A DNA stretch of 64,000 bases from positions 12,130 through 76,129 of the forward strand of contig JBIIJE010000001.1 in assembly GCA_044234005.1 (NCBI GenBank), given 5' to 3'. Position numbers and translations under genes: made by a program. The stretch is from Chitinophagaceae bacterium. Lineage in GTDB: Bacteria > Bacteroidota > Bacteroidia > Chitinophagales > Chitinophagaceae. Positions 20,850 to 30,420 of this stretch are shown piece by piece (position 1 is the first letter of the stretch; each line of letters begins with the position of its first letter). The notes beneath the pieces are model-generated. The model saw nothing but the letters and a program-made list of their open reading frames with translations. It ran no database searches and was not told the DNA's origin.

Positions 20850-21794
20850 TTACAAATCATAAATTTGGATAACACCCTGTAGTTCGTTGCTTTCATTCAT
20901 CACCAACAATGAGTTTATTTTTAGCTGGTTAAATAATTGTTCAGCTTCTGTAAGGCTCGCCATGCTTGAAATTGTTTTGGGTTGTTTCGACATTATATTT
21001 TCTGCTTCTAAATCAAAGCTTGCTTTTTCGTGATGCTCCATCACTCGACGCAAATCACCATCCGTAATAATGCCCATTACCCTTTCATTTTCCATGACCA
21101 AGGTCATTCCCAATCTGCCTCTACTCATGCTATGCATAATTTCGCTCAATTTACTGTCTCGATTTACTTGCGGTAAATCTTTGCTTCTCATTACATCTTT
21201 TACTTTCACTAAAAGCTGTCTGCCTAACGCACCACCAGGATGAAAACGAGCAAAATTCTCTGATTTAAAGTCACGCACCTTCATTAATGCTACCGCTAAG
21301 GCGTCGCCCATAGCTAAAGTAACTGTGGTTGATGATGTTGGAGCCAACTCCAATGGGCAAGCTTCCCTATCAATTTTTATATACAAATGATAATCTGCAT
21401 GATTTGCTAATGTTGATGTAAGCTTAGATGTGATGGCAATTATTTTATTCTGATTGTCTTTAAAAAATGGAATAATTTTCAACACCTCGTCGGTCTCACC
21501 AGAATTAGATAGTGCAAGAATAGTATCATCAGGTGTAACCATGCCTAAATCGCCATGATAGGCTTCGCCGGGATGCATAAAAAAACTAGGTGTACCAGTA
21601 CTGGCCAAGGTGGCTGCAATTTTTTTACCAATAATGCCCGATTTGCCCATACCTGTAACCACCAATTTACCTTTTGAGTTAGCAATTAATTTTACTGCAG
21701 CCTCAAAGGTTGCACCCAACAAATCAATTTGTGATAAAATCGATTCTGCTTCAAGCTGCAAGGTGTTTTTGGCACTCTGTATTATTTCACTCAT
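20850..21794 (-). CDS. kdsD: Arabinose-5-phosphate isomerase (KpsF/GutQ/KdsD family; SIS + tandem CBS domains)
   Basis: 314-aa ORF with VVTGMGKSGIIGKKIAATLASTGTPSFFMHPGEAYHGDLGM (SIS domain) and C-terminal CBS-like repeats. Confidence 0.9.
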   Translation of the reverse strand: MSEIIQSAKNTLQLEAESILSQIDLLGATFEAAVKLIANSKGKLVVTGMGKSGIIGKKIAATLASTGTPSFFMHPGEAYHGDLGMVTPDDTILALSNSGETDEVLKIIPFFKDNQNKIIAITSKLTSTLANHADYHLYIKIDREACPLELAPTSSTTVTLAMGDALAVALMKVRDFKSENFARFHPGGALGRQLLVKVKDVMRSKDLPQVNRDSKLSEIMHSMSRGRLGMTLVMENERVMGIITDGDLRRVMEHHEKASFDLEAENIMSKQPKTISSMASLTEAEQLFNQLKINSLLVMNESNELQGVIQIYDL

Positions 21795-21796
21795 GT

Positions 21797-22579
21797 TTAG
21801 GTTAATATTTTTTCAATTAAGGCTGGTAATTTATCTAAATAATACATGTTAGCTGCATCACTCATTCCTTCATCAGGATTAGGATGCGCTTCTAAAAAAT
21901 AACCATTGGCACCGAATGCTTTCGCCGCCATGGCCATCATAGGTACAAAACGTCTATCGCCACCTGTCTTTCCATCTAATGCACTTGGCCGTTGGACACT
22001 ATGAGTGCAATCCATGCAAACAGGATATCCAAGTTCACTCATATCAATTAAGTTTCGAAAATCCACTGCTAAATTATTATAGCCAAACATATTGCCTCTT
22101 TCTGTGAGGATAATTTTTTCGTTACCGCTTTCACTCACTTTTTGTGCTGGATAAAACATGTCCTTTCCAGAAAGAAACTGCGCTTTTTTAATATTTACAA
22201 TTTTTCCGGATTCAGCTGCGGCTACCAACAAATCGGTTTGCCTGCATAAAAAAGCGGGTATCTGCAAAATGTCAACCACTTCACCTGCAGGCTTTGCTTG
22301 ATAACTTTCATGTATATCTGTTACCAAAGGCAAATTGTATTTCGACTTAATGTCACTCAACATTTGTAGACCTTTATCAAGGCCTGGACCTCGAAATCCC
22401 TTTATGGAAGTTCGATTGGCCTTATCGAATGATGCTTTGAAAACAATAGGTACTTGGTGTTTATTATGAATTGATACCAGCACTTTGGCAATTTCATCTA
22501 GCAAATCAGCATTTTCAATTACACATGGGCCAATCAAGAAAAATGGCTTTGTTTTTATCTCAAGAAATAAATCTTTCAT
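21797..22579 (-). CDS. kdsA: 3-deoxy-8-phosphooctulonate (Kdo-8-P) synthase
   Basis: 260-aa ORF with FKASFDKANRTS, LQIPAFLCRQTDLL and DCTHSVQ blocks characteristic of KdsA. Confidence 0.9.
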   Translation of the reverse strand: MKDLFLEIKTKPFFLIGPCVIENADLLDEIAKVLVSIHNKHQVPIVFKASFDKANRTSIKGFRGPGLDKGLQMLSDIKSKYNLPLVTDIHESYQAKPAGEVVDILQIPAFLCRQTDLLVAAAESGKIVNIKKAQFLSGKDMFYPAQKVSESGNEKIILTERGNMFGYNNLAVDFRNLIDMSELGYPVCMDCTHSVQRPSALDGKTGGDRRFVPMMAMAAKAFGANGYFLEAHPNPDEGMSDAANMYYLDKLPALIEKILT

Positions 22580-22673
22580 AATTATTTATATTTTTTTACA
22601 CGGCTTCGCCTAAGTCAGTCACATTTTGTGCTGAAAAGGTTTTTGTTAAAAGTCCTATTTAGGCAAATTAAGT

Positions 22674-23207
22674 TTATGAAACTGCTTTTACCTGTTGTTT
22701 TTGAAGAAATGAAATAGGAACATTTACTTCAAACATTTTACTTATCGAATCAATCGAAATAATGGCACGAAATCTTCCCGCTTGCCGAACCAATGTACCT
22801 GATAAACCAGCAAACAAACCAAAATTTATTTCAAAATGCTCCCCAGCTTGTAAGCAAGTAATATCGATGGCTTCAAAAGATTCTGGCTGAGTGCACAGTA
22901 TCCGCAAATTATCGAGTTCAACTTGCTTTATAGCAGCTGGTTTGCCAAGATGTTTTACAACACCTAAAGCACCTTGAATTTGAAAAACATCATTCAGTTG
23001 GCTGGGGGTGACGTATATAAAAACATACCCCTTTATCAGTGGAATCCAAATCCTCTTCTTCCGATCGCTCCATACTCTTACTGTTTTTACGAGAGGCAAA
23101 AAAGTTTCTGTGCCACGTTGCGTGAACCTTTCCTCAACTTTTTTTTCAGCCTGAGGCATCGTATAAACAGCATACCAATAGTATTGATTCGTCTTTTGGT
23201 TTTGCAT
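22674..23207 (-). CDS. UpxY-family (NusG-like) transcription antiterminator
   Basis: 177-aa ORF starting ...YWYAVYTMPQAEKKVEERF..., which is an NGN domain, followed by a KOW-like C-terminal part. It is the first gene of the polysaccharide locus, as in Bacteroides capsule loci. Confidence 0.8.
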   Translation of the reverse strand: MQNQKTNQYYWYAVYTMPQAEKKVEERFTQRGTETFLPLVKTVRVWSDRKKRIWIPLIKGYVFIYVTPSQLNDVFQIQGALGVVKHLGKPAAIKQVELDNLRILCTQPESFEAIDITCLQAGEHFEINFGLFAGLSGTLVRQAGRFRAIISIDSISKMFEVNVPISFLQKQQVKAVS

Positions 23208-23268
23208 AGTTTTAATTCGCCGTGGTTTTTGTGTTTAAAGGTTTAACTAGTGCCATAGAATATCAAAG

Positions 23269-23276
23269 CAAATATA
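23269..23276 (-). promoter_or_regulatory. Candidate Bacteroidota -7 promoter box (TATATTTG) for the upxY-led locus
   Basis: The minus-strand sequence TATATTTG matches the TAnnTTTG -7 consensus and lies about 60 nt upstream of the upxY ATG. I saw no convincing -33 TTTG. Confidence 0.35.
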
Positions 23277-23436
23277 GTTTTAGTAAGTTCTAAAGCAATA
23301 AAAACTTGGCTTAAATTACACCCTCACAATGATAAATTTAAAACAGGGTAACTTATTCTAGACTTGATAAAAAGTAAAAAATGAATACCTATTAAATAAA
23401 TTCTAATTTTACCCAATTATTTTTAAAAAAGAACCA

Positions 23437-23856
23437 ATGCAATACATGCTTAGTAATGATGCCAAAACAATTGCAATTGATTTTGATGGAACCATAGTTG
23501 AAGATGAATACCCTAAAATTGGCCGACCAATAATTTTCGCTTTCGAGACTATGAAACAATTGCAAAAAGAAGGGAATAAGTTAATACTTTGGACTTATCG
23601 AGAAGGCAGAAGTCTTGAAGAAGCTGTTGAGTTTTGTAAAAAAAATGGTGTTGAGTTTTATGCCGTTAATAAAAATTACCCCGACGAAGAATTGAACGCG
23701 GACACTAGAAGAAAGTTAAATGCAGATATTTTTATAGATGATCGAAATGTAGGTGGATTCCCAGGTTGGACATCCATCTATAATTTGCTTACTAAAACCC
23801 AACAAGAATTGACTTTGCCTAAGAAAAGATCTTTCTTTGGTTTTGGCAAAAGTTAA
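23437..23856 (+). CDS. Small HAD-superfamily phosphatase-like protein
   Basis: 139-aa ORF with an IAIDFDGTIVE (DxDxT) motif near the N-terminus and a later FIDDRNVGG acidic motif. Confidence 0.5.
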   Translation: MQYMLSNDAKTIAIDFDGTIVEDEYPKIGRPIIFAFETMKQLQKEGNKLILWTYREGRSLEEAVEFCKKNGVEFYAVNKNYPDEELNADTRRKLNADIFIDDRNVGGFPGWTSIYNLLTKTQQELTLPKKRSFFGFGKS

Positions 23857-24349
23857 TTCCAGTCTGAGTCATGCGTTTTGCCGCATTTTGATAAACATAT
23901 ACTCTAATAGCAGTTTTTGACAACAAGGCATGCTAAAGTTGCGAATAGCTTTGGTTACTTTCAAGAGTTCGATCAATTGTTCTTGCATAATGCTAGTCCA
24001 TTGAATATTCAAAATATTACCGACAAAACATGAATATTTCACCGATTCCATTTCATGAAATTTTTTTTGTGCAAACGAGAACAATCGGTGAAAAAATATT
24101 GAGTTGGTTTGATTTATCCTAACCTTTTTATAGCTTTCATTGATAATGTATCTTAAAAAAAAGCAGGGTTTAATCTATTGTAATAATTGATACCTGAGTG
24201 TGAATATAAACTACTAAAAATGCGTGCTGAGCAACATAATATGAAGTTGCTTGTGTAAAATCGCATCCAACAAAAATAAAAAAATATGAATCTCCGCATT
24301 TATATCTAATAAATTTTTGCCATTGCTAAAGTTAACCTATTGAATAATT

Positions 24350-25478
24350 TAGCCCTGAAGTATCTTCTGTTGAGCTTGTAGCAGAATCCATAAAGATAGA
24401 GTTGAATATACTTCAAACTTATTTTTTGATAAATTCCGTTGAAGACACGTTTTGCATTACTAATTGCAATGTGTACTCAGATTTAAAGGATTCACTTTTA
24501 GATTCAGAAAAAATTTCGAGTATTAGCGAAATGCAAACAAAATATGAAACTGAAAAAAAAGTACAAGAGATTAATTTGTTAAATGAGCAAAATAAATGAC
24601 AAGTGTCGGAACGAAATATATTTATTGTTTAGATAAATTTACTTTTACTACTTGGAATTACAGTTTTACTTGAATTGTTGTAAACAGAAAAAGCGAAGAA
24701 AGTTTCAGAGTAATTATTAATGAATATATTACCTGAAGAAGTAAGCAACGAATTAAAAAACATGGTAAGGCTGAGGCAAAAAACTTTGAAAATGCAAACT
24801 TGTTATTTACAGATTTTAGAGGCTTTATACAAATTTCTGAAAAATTAAATCCTGTCGAAGTAGTAACTTTTTTTGATAGTAGTTTTAAGGCATTTGATAA
24901 AATTATAGCAAGATACAATATTGAAAAAATAAAAACCATTGGTGATAGCTACATGTGTGTAGGAGGATTACCTGTTCCAGATAGAAATAGTGCAATAGCC
25001 GTTTTATATGCAGCTTTAGAATTTCAAGCCTTTATACCGATTAGACAAATGTAACAGATTAAAATTTCGTTCCTCCATTTAATCTAAACATTTGTATCCA
25101 TCAGCATTTACCATTTTCGTCAAGCGAAATGTATAATATAAAATTAATGTCAAAATTGTATTATTAGAGAATTAGGAGCACAAGGATTGCAAGAAGGCGG
25201 GCTTCCAATTCAAATAAAGTTGGTAATTTATACAGGACATGTTATCGCCGGAATTGTGGGTGATAATTAATGCCCTTATGATATTTGGGAAGATGCCTTA
25301 AATACATACTAGTAGTGTGGAAAACTGTGAAGAAACAGGTAAAGTAAATATCAGTAAAGCTACTTATGAAATTATCAAAGATAAATTTGAATGTACCTAT
25401 AGAGGGAAGATTAAGGCAAAAAGCAAGGGTGAAATAGATATGTATTTTGTTGAGCGAAGCATAAACCAGCAATACTAG
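24350..25478 (+). pseudogene. Decayed class III adenylate/guanylate cyclase (coiled-coil + TM + CYCc domain) with multiple nonsense codons and frameshifts
   Basis: The reading frame from about 24350 gives ...SEMQTKYETEKKVQEINLLNEQNK, then TGA (24597). It continues in the same frame through TAG (24630), TAA (24681) and TAA (24711) into MNILPEEVSNELK. A 1-nt deficit in the A-run 24756-24760 shifts the frame to HGKAEAKNFENANLLFTDFRGF...IKTIGDSYMCVGGLP (stop at 25052). Further on come ...IQIKLVIYTGHVIAGIVGDN-TAA(25268)-CPYDIWEDALNT, another frameshift near 25305, then SSVENCEETGKVNISKATYEIIKDKFECTYRGKIKAKSKGEIDMYFV and a stop at 25476-25478. Confidence 0.8.
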
Positions 25479-25592
25479 GGTTTTAATCCCCACATAAATA
25501 CTTTGCCTATTTAGCAATTTATGACTAGTCTCACTAATCCTTCTTCCTGTGGGCTTTACTCAATAATACTTGCCGCAATTTAACAAGCTAAA

Positions 25593-27398
25593 CTAGTTTT
25601 TCTTACGAACTAAATAATTGTCCAGTACCAAGGCATCTATTCGGTCATCTTCTAAAGCTTTGAAGGCAGATACTGGAGTCGAAACAATGGGCTCTTCGTG
25701 TACGTTGAAGCTTGTATTCACAATAGCACCGCAGCCAGTTAACTTATAAAACGCATCAATGATTTGCCAATAATAAGGATTCGTTTCTTTCTTTACTACT
25801 TGCGGACGCGCAGTACCATCAACATGCACGACAGCTTGTAACTGTTTGTGATATTCTGGCGCTACATCGTAAGTAATAGTCATGTAATCTGCAGCTACAT
25901 CGCCTTCTTTATACTTAGGCATATAAGTGCTCACCATATAGTCAATGACTGAAGGCGCAAAAGGCATAAATTCAGTTCTATTCAAACGTTTATTTAAGGT
26001 GTCATTTACCGACTTGTCAAAAGTATTTAAAATCATGGAACGCTTACCTAAAGCACGCGGCCCCCATTCCATACTACCATGCCAGAAACCAACAATTACA
26101 TTATCTTTCATAAGTTGTGCAATTGTTTTAGGCGCCTCAATACCCATGTCGCTTAGCGTATATTTTGTATGGTCTATTTCATTAATAAATGCTGGTAAAT
26201 CATTGGCATAATCTGGACCAAGATAAGTATCGATAAACCTATATTGACCACTTAGCATATTTTTATGTTGAGCCAAATCAGTCAACACGGCGGCTCCGAG
26301 CGAAAGACCCGAATCTCCCATGGCAGGCTGCACAAAAACTTGTTCCACTAAATCGTGTTCGAATAATAATTGGTTGATGCGGACATTAGCGAAAACACCT
26401 CCTGCTAGCGCCAACTTTATTTTTTTACCCCCTAACAAATTTTTGATGGTATAATCTAATAACTGCAATGAAATTTCTTCCGCTACTTTTTGACATGCAA
26501 AAGCAATATCTTCTTTTGTGTGACCTTTTGTTTCCTCCTTTAACCAAGCATCAAGTATCCAAGTATTTTTTCCATATTCTATCCCTGCACTAGATTGTGA
26601 ATGAAAATTTATTTTTGTACTTAAAGTCAAATTTTTATCCAAACCATATTTATTCCATAACATTTCCTTTTGATCAAAAGGGAAACGAGTTAAAATACCA
26701 TTTTCAAATTTGAATAAAGACCGAAATTTATCTAAGAGCTCGGTAGGTTTGCCATAAGCGGCTAATCCTGTAATCTTCCCTTCATGTCTGGTGGCGCGAA
26801 ACCCTAGTAACATGGTGATACCGCTATAAAACTGACCTACTGATGTTTCGTAGCTGTGTGAAGCAATTTTCTTTAATCCTAATTTTTCATCAGGTATATA
26901 AAAAGTCATCGATTCATCATCGCCATATCCATCGGACGTGTAAACTAAATCACAATGAAAAGGAGCTGCATACCAAGCTGAAACTGCATGACATAAATGA
27001 TGGTTATAAAATTCTAATTTTGCATTGCTAAATCCTAGTTTACGAACTTCCTCTTCAAATACCTTTCTATTATCACGCTCTCCAATTTTAGCTAAGCCTG
27101 CATAGGATAGTACACGAGCCATTACTTCTTTATTCTTCGCTGACTTACTTCTACTAAATCGATAACGAATTTCATCCTTATTGATGACCGTATCAATAAA
27201 TGCACCAAATGAGATTATATCAACTTCTGAAGGTTGAATATTATATTCTTGTAATAGCCGAGTGCAAGCAGTTTCAGGCCATCCAAATTGTTGTTTAACA
27301 CGGCAGGTTTTTTCTTCTTCAATAGATGCAATTATTTTTCCATTTTTGATAATGGTTAAAGAAGCATCGTGACTAAAATTTACGCCAAGTATTATCAT
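25593..27398 (-). CDS. Carbamoyltransferase (NodU/CmcH family)
   Basis: 601-aa ORF beginning MIILGVNFSHDASLTIIKNGKIIASIEEEK, with later GDSGLSLGAA and NTSFN blocks typical of NodU/CmcH-type carbamoyltransferases. Confidence 0.85.
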   Translation of the reverse strand: MIILGVNFSHDASLTIIKNGKIIASIEEEKTCRVKQQFGWPETACTRLLQEYNIQPSEVDIISFGAFIDTVINKDEIRYRFSRSKSAKNKEVMARVLSYAGLAKIGERDNRKVFEEEVRKLGFSNAKLEFYNHHLCHAVSAWYAAPFHCDLVYTSDGYGDDESMTFYIPDEKLGLKKIASHSYETSVGQFYSGITMLLGFRATRHEGKITGLAAYGKPTELLDKFRSLFKFENGILTRFPFDQKEMLWNKYGLDKNLTLSTKINFHSQSSAGIEYGKNTWILDAWLKEETKGHTKEDIAFACQKVAEEISLQLLDYTIKNLLGGKKIKLALAGGVFANVRINQLLFEHDLVEQVFVQPAMGDSGLSLGAAVLTDLAQHKNMLSGQYRFIDTYLGPDYANDLPAFINEIDHTKYTLSDMGIEAPKTIAQLMKDNVIVGFWHGSMEWGPRALGKRSMILNTFDKSVNDTLNKRLNRTEFMPFAPSVIDYMVSTYMPKYKEGDVAADYMTITYDVAPEYHKQLQAVVHVDGTARPQVVKKETNPYYWQIIDAFYKLTGCGAIVNTSFNVHEEPIVSTPVSAFKALEDDRIDALVLDNYLVRKKN

Positions 27399-27559
27399 AG
27401 TGTTTTGTTTGATATATTACCTACAAAACTTGCACGAGCATGTCTTGTTAGTTTTCCACGCGAAAATAGAATTTATATTGCAGGATACAAAGTAATGATT
27501 CTACACCCAAATTTCATTTTTAAACGCCTAAAATTTCAGCTTGTGTTATAAACAATTTA

Positions 27560-29011
27560 CTACTCAACCTTTCTTAGTGTATCAAGCAGAAAATCCCAAA
27601 ATTTTCTCACGGAAGGAATACTCACTTTTTCATCAGGAGAATGCGCACCACGGATGGTTGGTCCAAAGGAAATCATTTGCAAATCAGGATAGTTAGTTCC
27701 TAAAATACCGCATTCCAAACCAGCATGACAAGCTTCCACCTTAGGTTCTCCGCCATATTTTTCAACATAAATTTTACGCATCAATTTTACGATACTTGCA
27801 TCCGGATTGGGCGTCCATCCTGGATATTCGCCACCATAAATTACTTCAGATTGTAATAAATTAAAAACGGCTGTAATGGCATCTCTCAAATCAATTTTTT
27901 CTGTATCAACCGAACTTCTGGTAAGACATTGAATAGAATACTTCCCATTCGAAAGGAATACGCGAGCCAAATTGTTCGAGGTTTGTACAAGCCCATCTAT
28001 GCTAGGACTCATTCGATAGATTCCGTTTGGACAAGCATACAAACATGATAATAAACGTGCTTGAAAACCACCTTCCAAAACCATTTCAGGGCATGTTACT
28101 AAATCAGACGAAATATGTAGATTCGGATCTGTATGGTGATATTCTAACTGAAGTATACGATTAAATGATTCTATAAACTGTTGCATTGACTCTAAGTCTG
28201 CATTTCGAATAGCTATTATTACAACCGATTCGCGTGGTATTGCGTTGCGCAAACTACCCCCATCGATTTGATTGATCTCAATTTGATAAAGTTTACTAAG
28301 ACTCGACAGTAATCGATTCATTATTTTGTTCGCATTGCCTCGACCTTTATGAATGTCAATGCCAGAATGCCCACCAGTTAACCCTTTTACAGATATTTGC
28401 AACCCTTGCTGAAGTTTGGCTTTAAAGGTTTGATAGGTACCCGTAGCGCTTACATCCACTCCACCTGCGCATCCAATTGTGAGTTCGTCATCTTCTTCTG
28501 TATCGAGGTTGAGCATAACTTTCGCGTCTAGCAAACCTCCTTGCAAAGCCAATGCACCCGTCATTCCAGTTTCCTCGTCTATCGTAAACAAAGCCTCGAT
28601 AGGGGGATGTTCAATCTCCTTTGAAGCTAAAATTGTCATGATGGTTGCAACACCTATGCCATTATCGGCACCTAATGTGGTCCCATTCGCTTTGACCCAA
28701 TCTCCATCAATCAACATATCAATGCCTTGTGTATCAAAGTCGAAAATGGTTGTCGCATTTTTCTGATGAACCATATCTAAATGACTTTGCAAAACTATCG
28801 CAGATTTATGCTCAAAACCCTTACTGGCTGGCTTCTTGATAATAACATTACCTACCTCGTCCACATAGGTTGATAGGTTTAAGCTTTCACCAAACTTCTT
28901 CATAAATTCAATCACGCGTGCTTCATTCTTTGAGGCGCGTGGTACTGCATTCAAGTCTGCAAAATGATTCCACAATGATTTCGGTTCCAGCTCTCGTATA
29001 GCTTCGTTCAT
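27560..29011 (-). CDS. pepD: Aminoacyl-histidine (Xaa-His) dipeptidase, M20 family
   Basis: 483-aa ORF with LEPKSLWNHFADLNAVPRASKNE, HLDMV, TLGADNGIG and FTIDEETGMTGA, as in PepD. Confidence 0.85.
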   Translation of the reverse strand: MNEAIRELEPKSLWNHFADLNAVPRASKNEARVIEFMKKFGESLNLSTYVDEVGNVIIKKPASKGFEHKSAIVLQSHLDMVHQKNATTIFDFDTQGIDMLIDGDWVKANGTTLGADNGIGVATIMTILASKEIEHPPIEALFTIDEETGMTGALALQGGLLDAKVMLNLDTEEDDELTIGCAGGVDVSATGTYQTFKAKLQQGLQISVKGLTGGHSGIDIHKGRGNANKIMNRLLSSLSKLYQIEINQIDGGSLRNAIPRESVVIIAIRNADLESMQQFIESFNRILQLEYHHTDPNLHISSDLVTCPEMVLEGGFQARLLSCLYACPNGIYRMSPSIDGLVQTSNNLARVFLSNGKYSIQCLTRSSVDTEKIDLRDAITAVFNLLQSEVIYGGEYPGWTPNPDASIVKLMRKIYVEKYGGEPKVEACHAGLECGILGTNYPDLQMISFGPTIRGAHSPDEKVSIPSVRKFWDFLLDTLRKVE

Positions 29012-29023
29012 GATTATTCTTAT

Positions 29024-30220
29024 TTAAATATTTTCAAATATAATAGCCGCTCCTTGTCCAACACCAATACACATAGTTGCTAGTCCGTACTTAACGTTTC
29101 TTCTTTTCATTTCATGTAAGAGTGTGGTAGAAATACGGACTCCGCTGCATCCCAAAGGATGGCCCAATGCAATCGAGCCCCCATTTACATTCACTTTTTC
29201 TGGATTGATTTTCAAGTCTTTCATGCAAGCCAAACTTTGCGATGCAAATGCCTCGTTTAATTCAATTAAGCCGATATCATCGATGCCTAAACCGGCTCGT
29301 TGCAATGCTTTTTCTGTAGCAGGCACTGGACCAATACCCATTATACTAGGATCAACACCAGCAATAGCCATGCTTTTAATCATTGCCATTGGTTTTAAAT
29401 CATACTTTTTTACAGCATCTTCATTGGCTAATAAAATAGCAGCCGCACCATCGTTTACACCACTTGCATTTGCAGCGGTTACACTTCCATCTTTAGTAAA
29501 GGCAGGTTTTAGTTCAGCTAATTTATCAAGTGGCGTTAAGCGCGGATGTTCATCTTTTTCGAACATGGTTGTTTTTCCTTTTCCAAGATTTAATTCAACT
29601 GGAATCAACTCGTCTGCAAATTTCCCTGCTTTATGAGCCTCCTCATATTTTGTCTGACTTTCAAATGCAAATCTATCCTGTGCCTCGCGAGAGATACTCC
29701 ATTGTTTCGCTACATTTTCGGCTGTTTCACCCATGCTAAATGGGTGATGCATATTTGCCAAGGTCGGATTAATAAAACGCCAGCCAATAGTAGTATCAAA
29801 AATTTCAGCCTTACGGCTAAATGCCGAATCAGATTTCCCCATCACAAAAGGGGCACGTGTCATGCTTTCCACACCCGAAGCAATATATAATTCGCCTTCA
29901 CCACACATAATGGCTCTTGATGCATCCATAATGGCTTGCAGTCCTGAAGCGCATAAACGATTCACCGTATTGCCACCTACTGAAATAGGCAAATCTGCCA
30001 ACAGTGCGGCCATACGAGCGACATCACGATTATCTTCACCCGCTTGATTGGCGCAACCAGCAATGACATCCTCAATGGCATGCACATCGATGTTTTCGTT
30101 TCGATGAATGAGTGCTTTAATAGCGATGGCCAACAAATCATCAGGCCGTATATTGCTTAAACTACCTCCATACTTACCAATCGGTGTGCGAACTGCATCA
30201 ATAATATAGGCTTTCGACAT
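29024..30220 (-). CDS. Acetyl-CoA C-acyltransferase / acetoacetyl-CoA thiolase
   Basis: 398-aa ORF with the active-site regions NRLCASGLQAI, NEAFASQ and GGSIALGHPLGCSG typical of thiolases. Confidence 0.9.
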   Translation of the reverse strand: MSKAYIIDAVRTPIGKYGGSLSNIRPDDLLAIAIKALIHRNENIDVHAIEDVIAGCANQAGEDNRDVARMAALLADLPISVGGNTVNRLCASGLQAIMDASRAIMCGEGELYIASGVESMTRAPFVMGKSDSAFSRKAEIFDTTIGWRFINPTLANMHHPFSMGETAENVAKQWSISREAQDRFAFESQTKYEEAHKAGKFADELIPVELNLGKGKTTMFEKDEHPRLTPLDKLAELKPAFTKDGSVTAANASGVNDGAAAILLANEDAVKKYDLKPMAMIKSMAIAGVDPSIMGIGPVPATEKALQRAGLGIDDIGLIELNEAFASQSLACMKDLKINPEKVNVNGGSIALGHPLGCSGVRISTTLLHEMKRRNVKYGLATMCIGVGQGAAIIFENI

Positions 30221-30239
30221 GTCTTTAAATTTTGAATTG

Positions 30240-30247
30240 CAAATATA
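30240..30247 (-). promoter_or_regulatory. Candidate -7 promoter box (TATATTTG) of the thiolase gene
   Basis: The minus-strand sequence TATATTTG matches TAnnTTTG and lies 19 nt upstream of the ATG at 30220. Confidence 0.45.
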
Positions 30248-30420
30248 GTTTGGATTTTAACGCAACTTGAAACAATTCAATTTTAGTGATTTATAAAATA
30301 GAGACAGCAAAAAAATAAGTGCCTTCTTAGATTAAATTAATAAGTCTCCTTTTAATGATTATTATAATTTCTTTTCAAGAGAACGATAAAAATTTGAGAT
30401 GCTCGTCACTGAAAAAGTTT

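Noticed and set aside
23208-23436. Possible invertible promoter (phase-variable switch) upstream of upxY, as in Bacteroides capsule loci
   Set aside because: I found no convincing pair of inverted repeats flanking the region and no nearby site-specific recombinase gene. Only a single TATATTTG -7-like box is present.
23869-24084. 71-aa minus-strand ORF between the HAD gene and the cyclase pseudogene
   Set aside because: It has no recognisable motif or signal. It lies in DNA that may be the decayed 5' part of the cyclase gene, and it has an atypical Cys/Met-rich composition. I cannot support it as a gene.
24658-25517. 93-aa (24658-24939) and 91-aa (25242-25517) minus-strand ORFs
   Set aside because: Both are antisense to the clearly readable cyclase pseudogene frames. 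They are most likely chance ORFs in AT-rich decayed DNA.
29124-29636. 170-aa plus-strand ORF, together with 29530-29739, 29633-29890 and 29862-30047, inside the thiolase gene
   Set aside because: They lie entirely antisense to a strongly supported thiolase CDS. Their composition is low-complexity and Ser/Ala/Pro-rich, typical of shadow ORFs, and they carry no recognisable motif.
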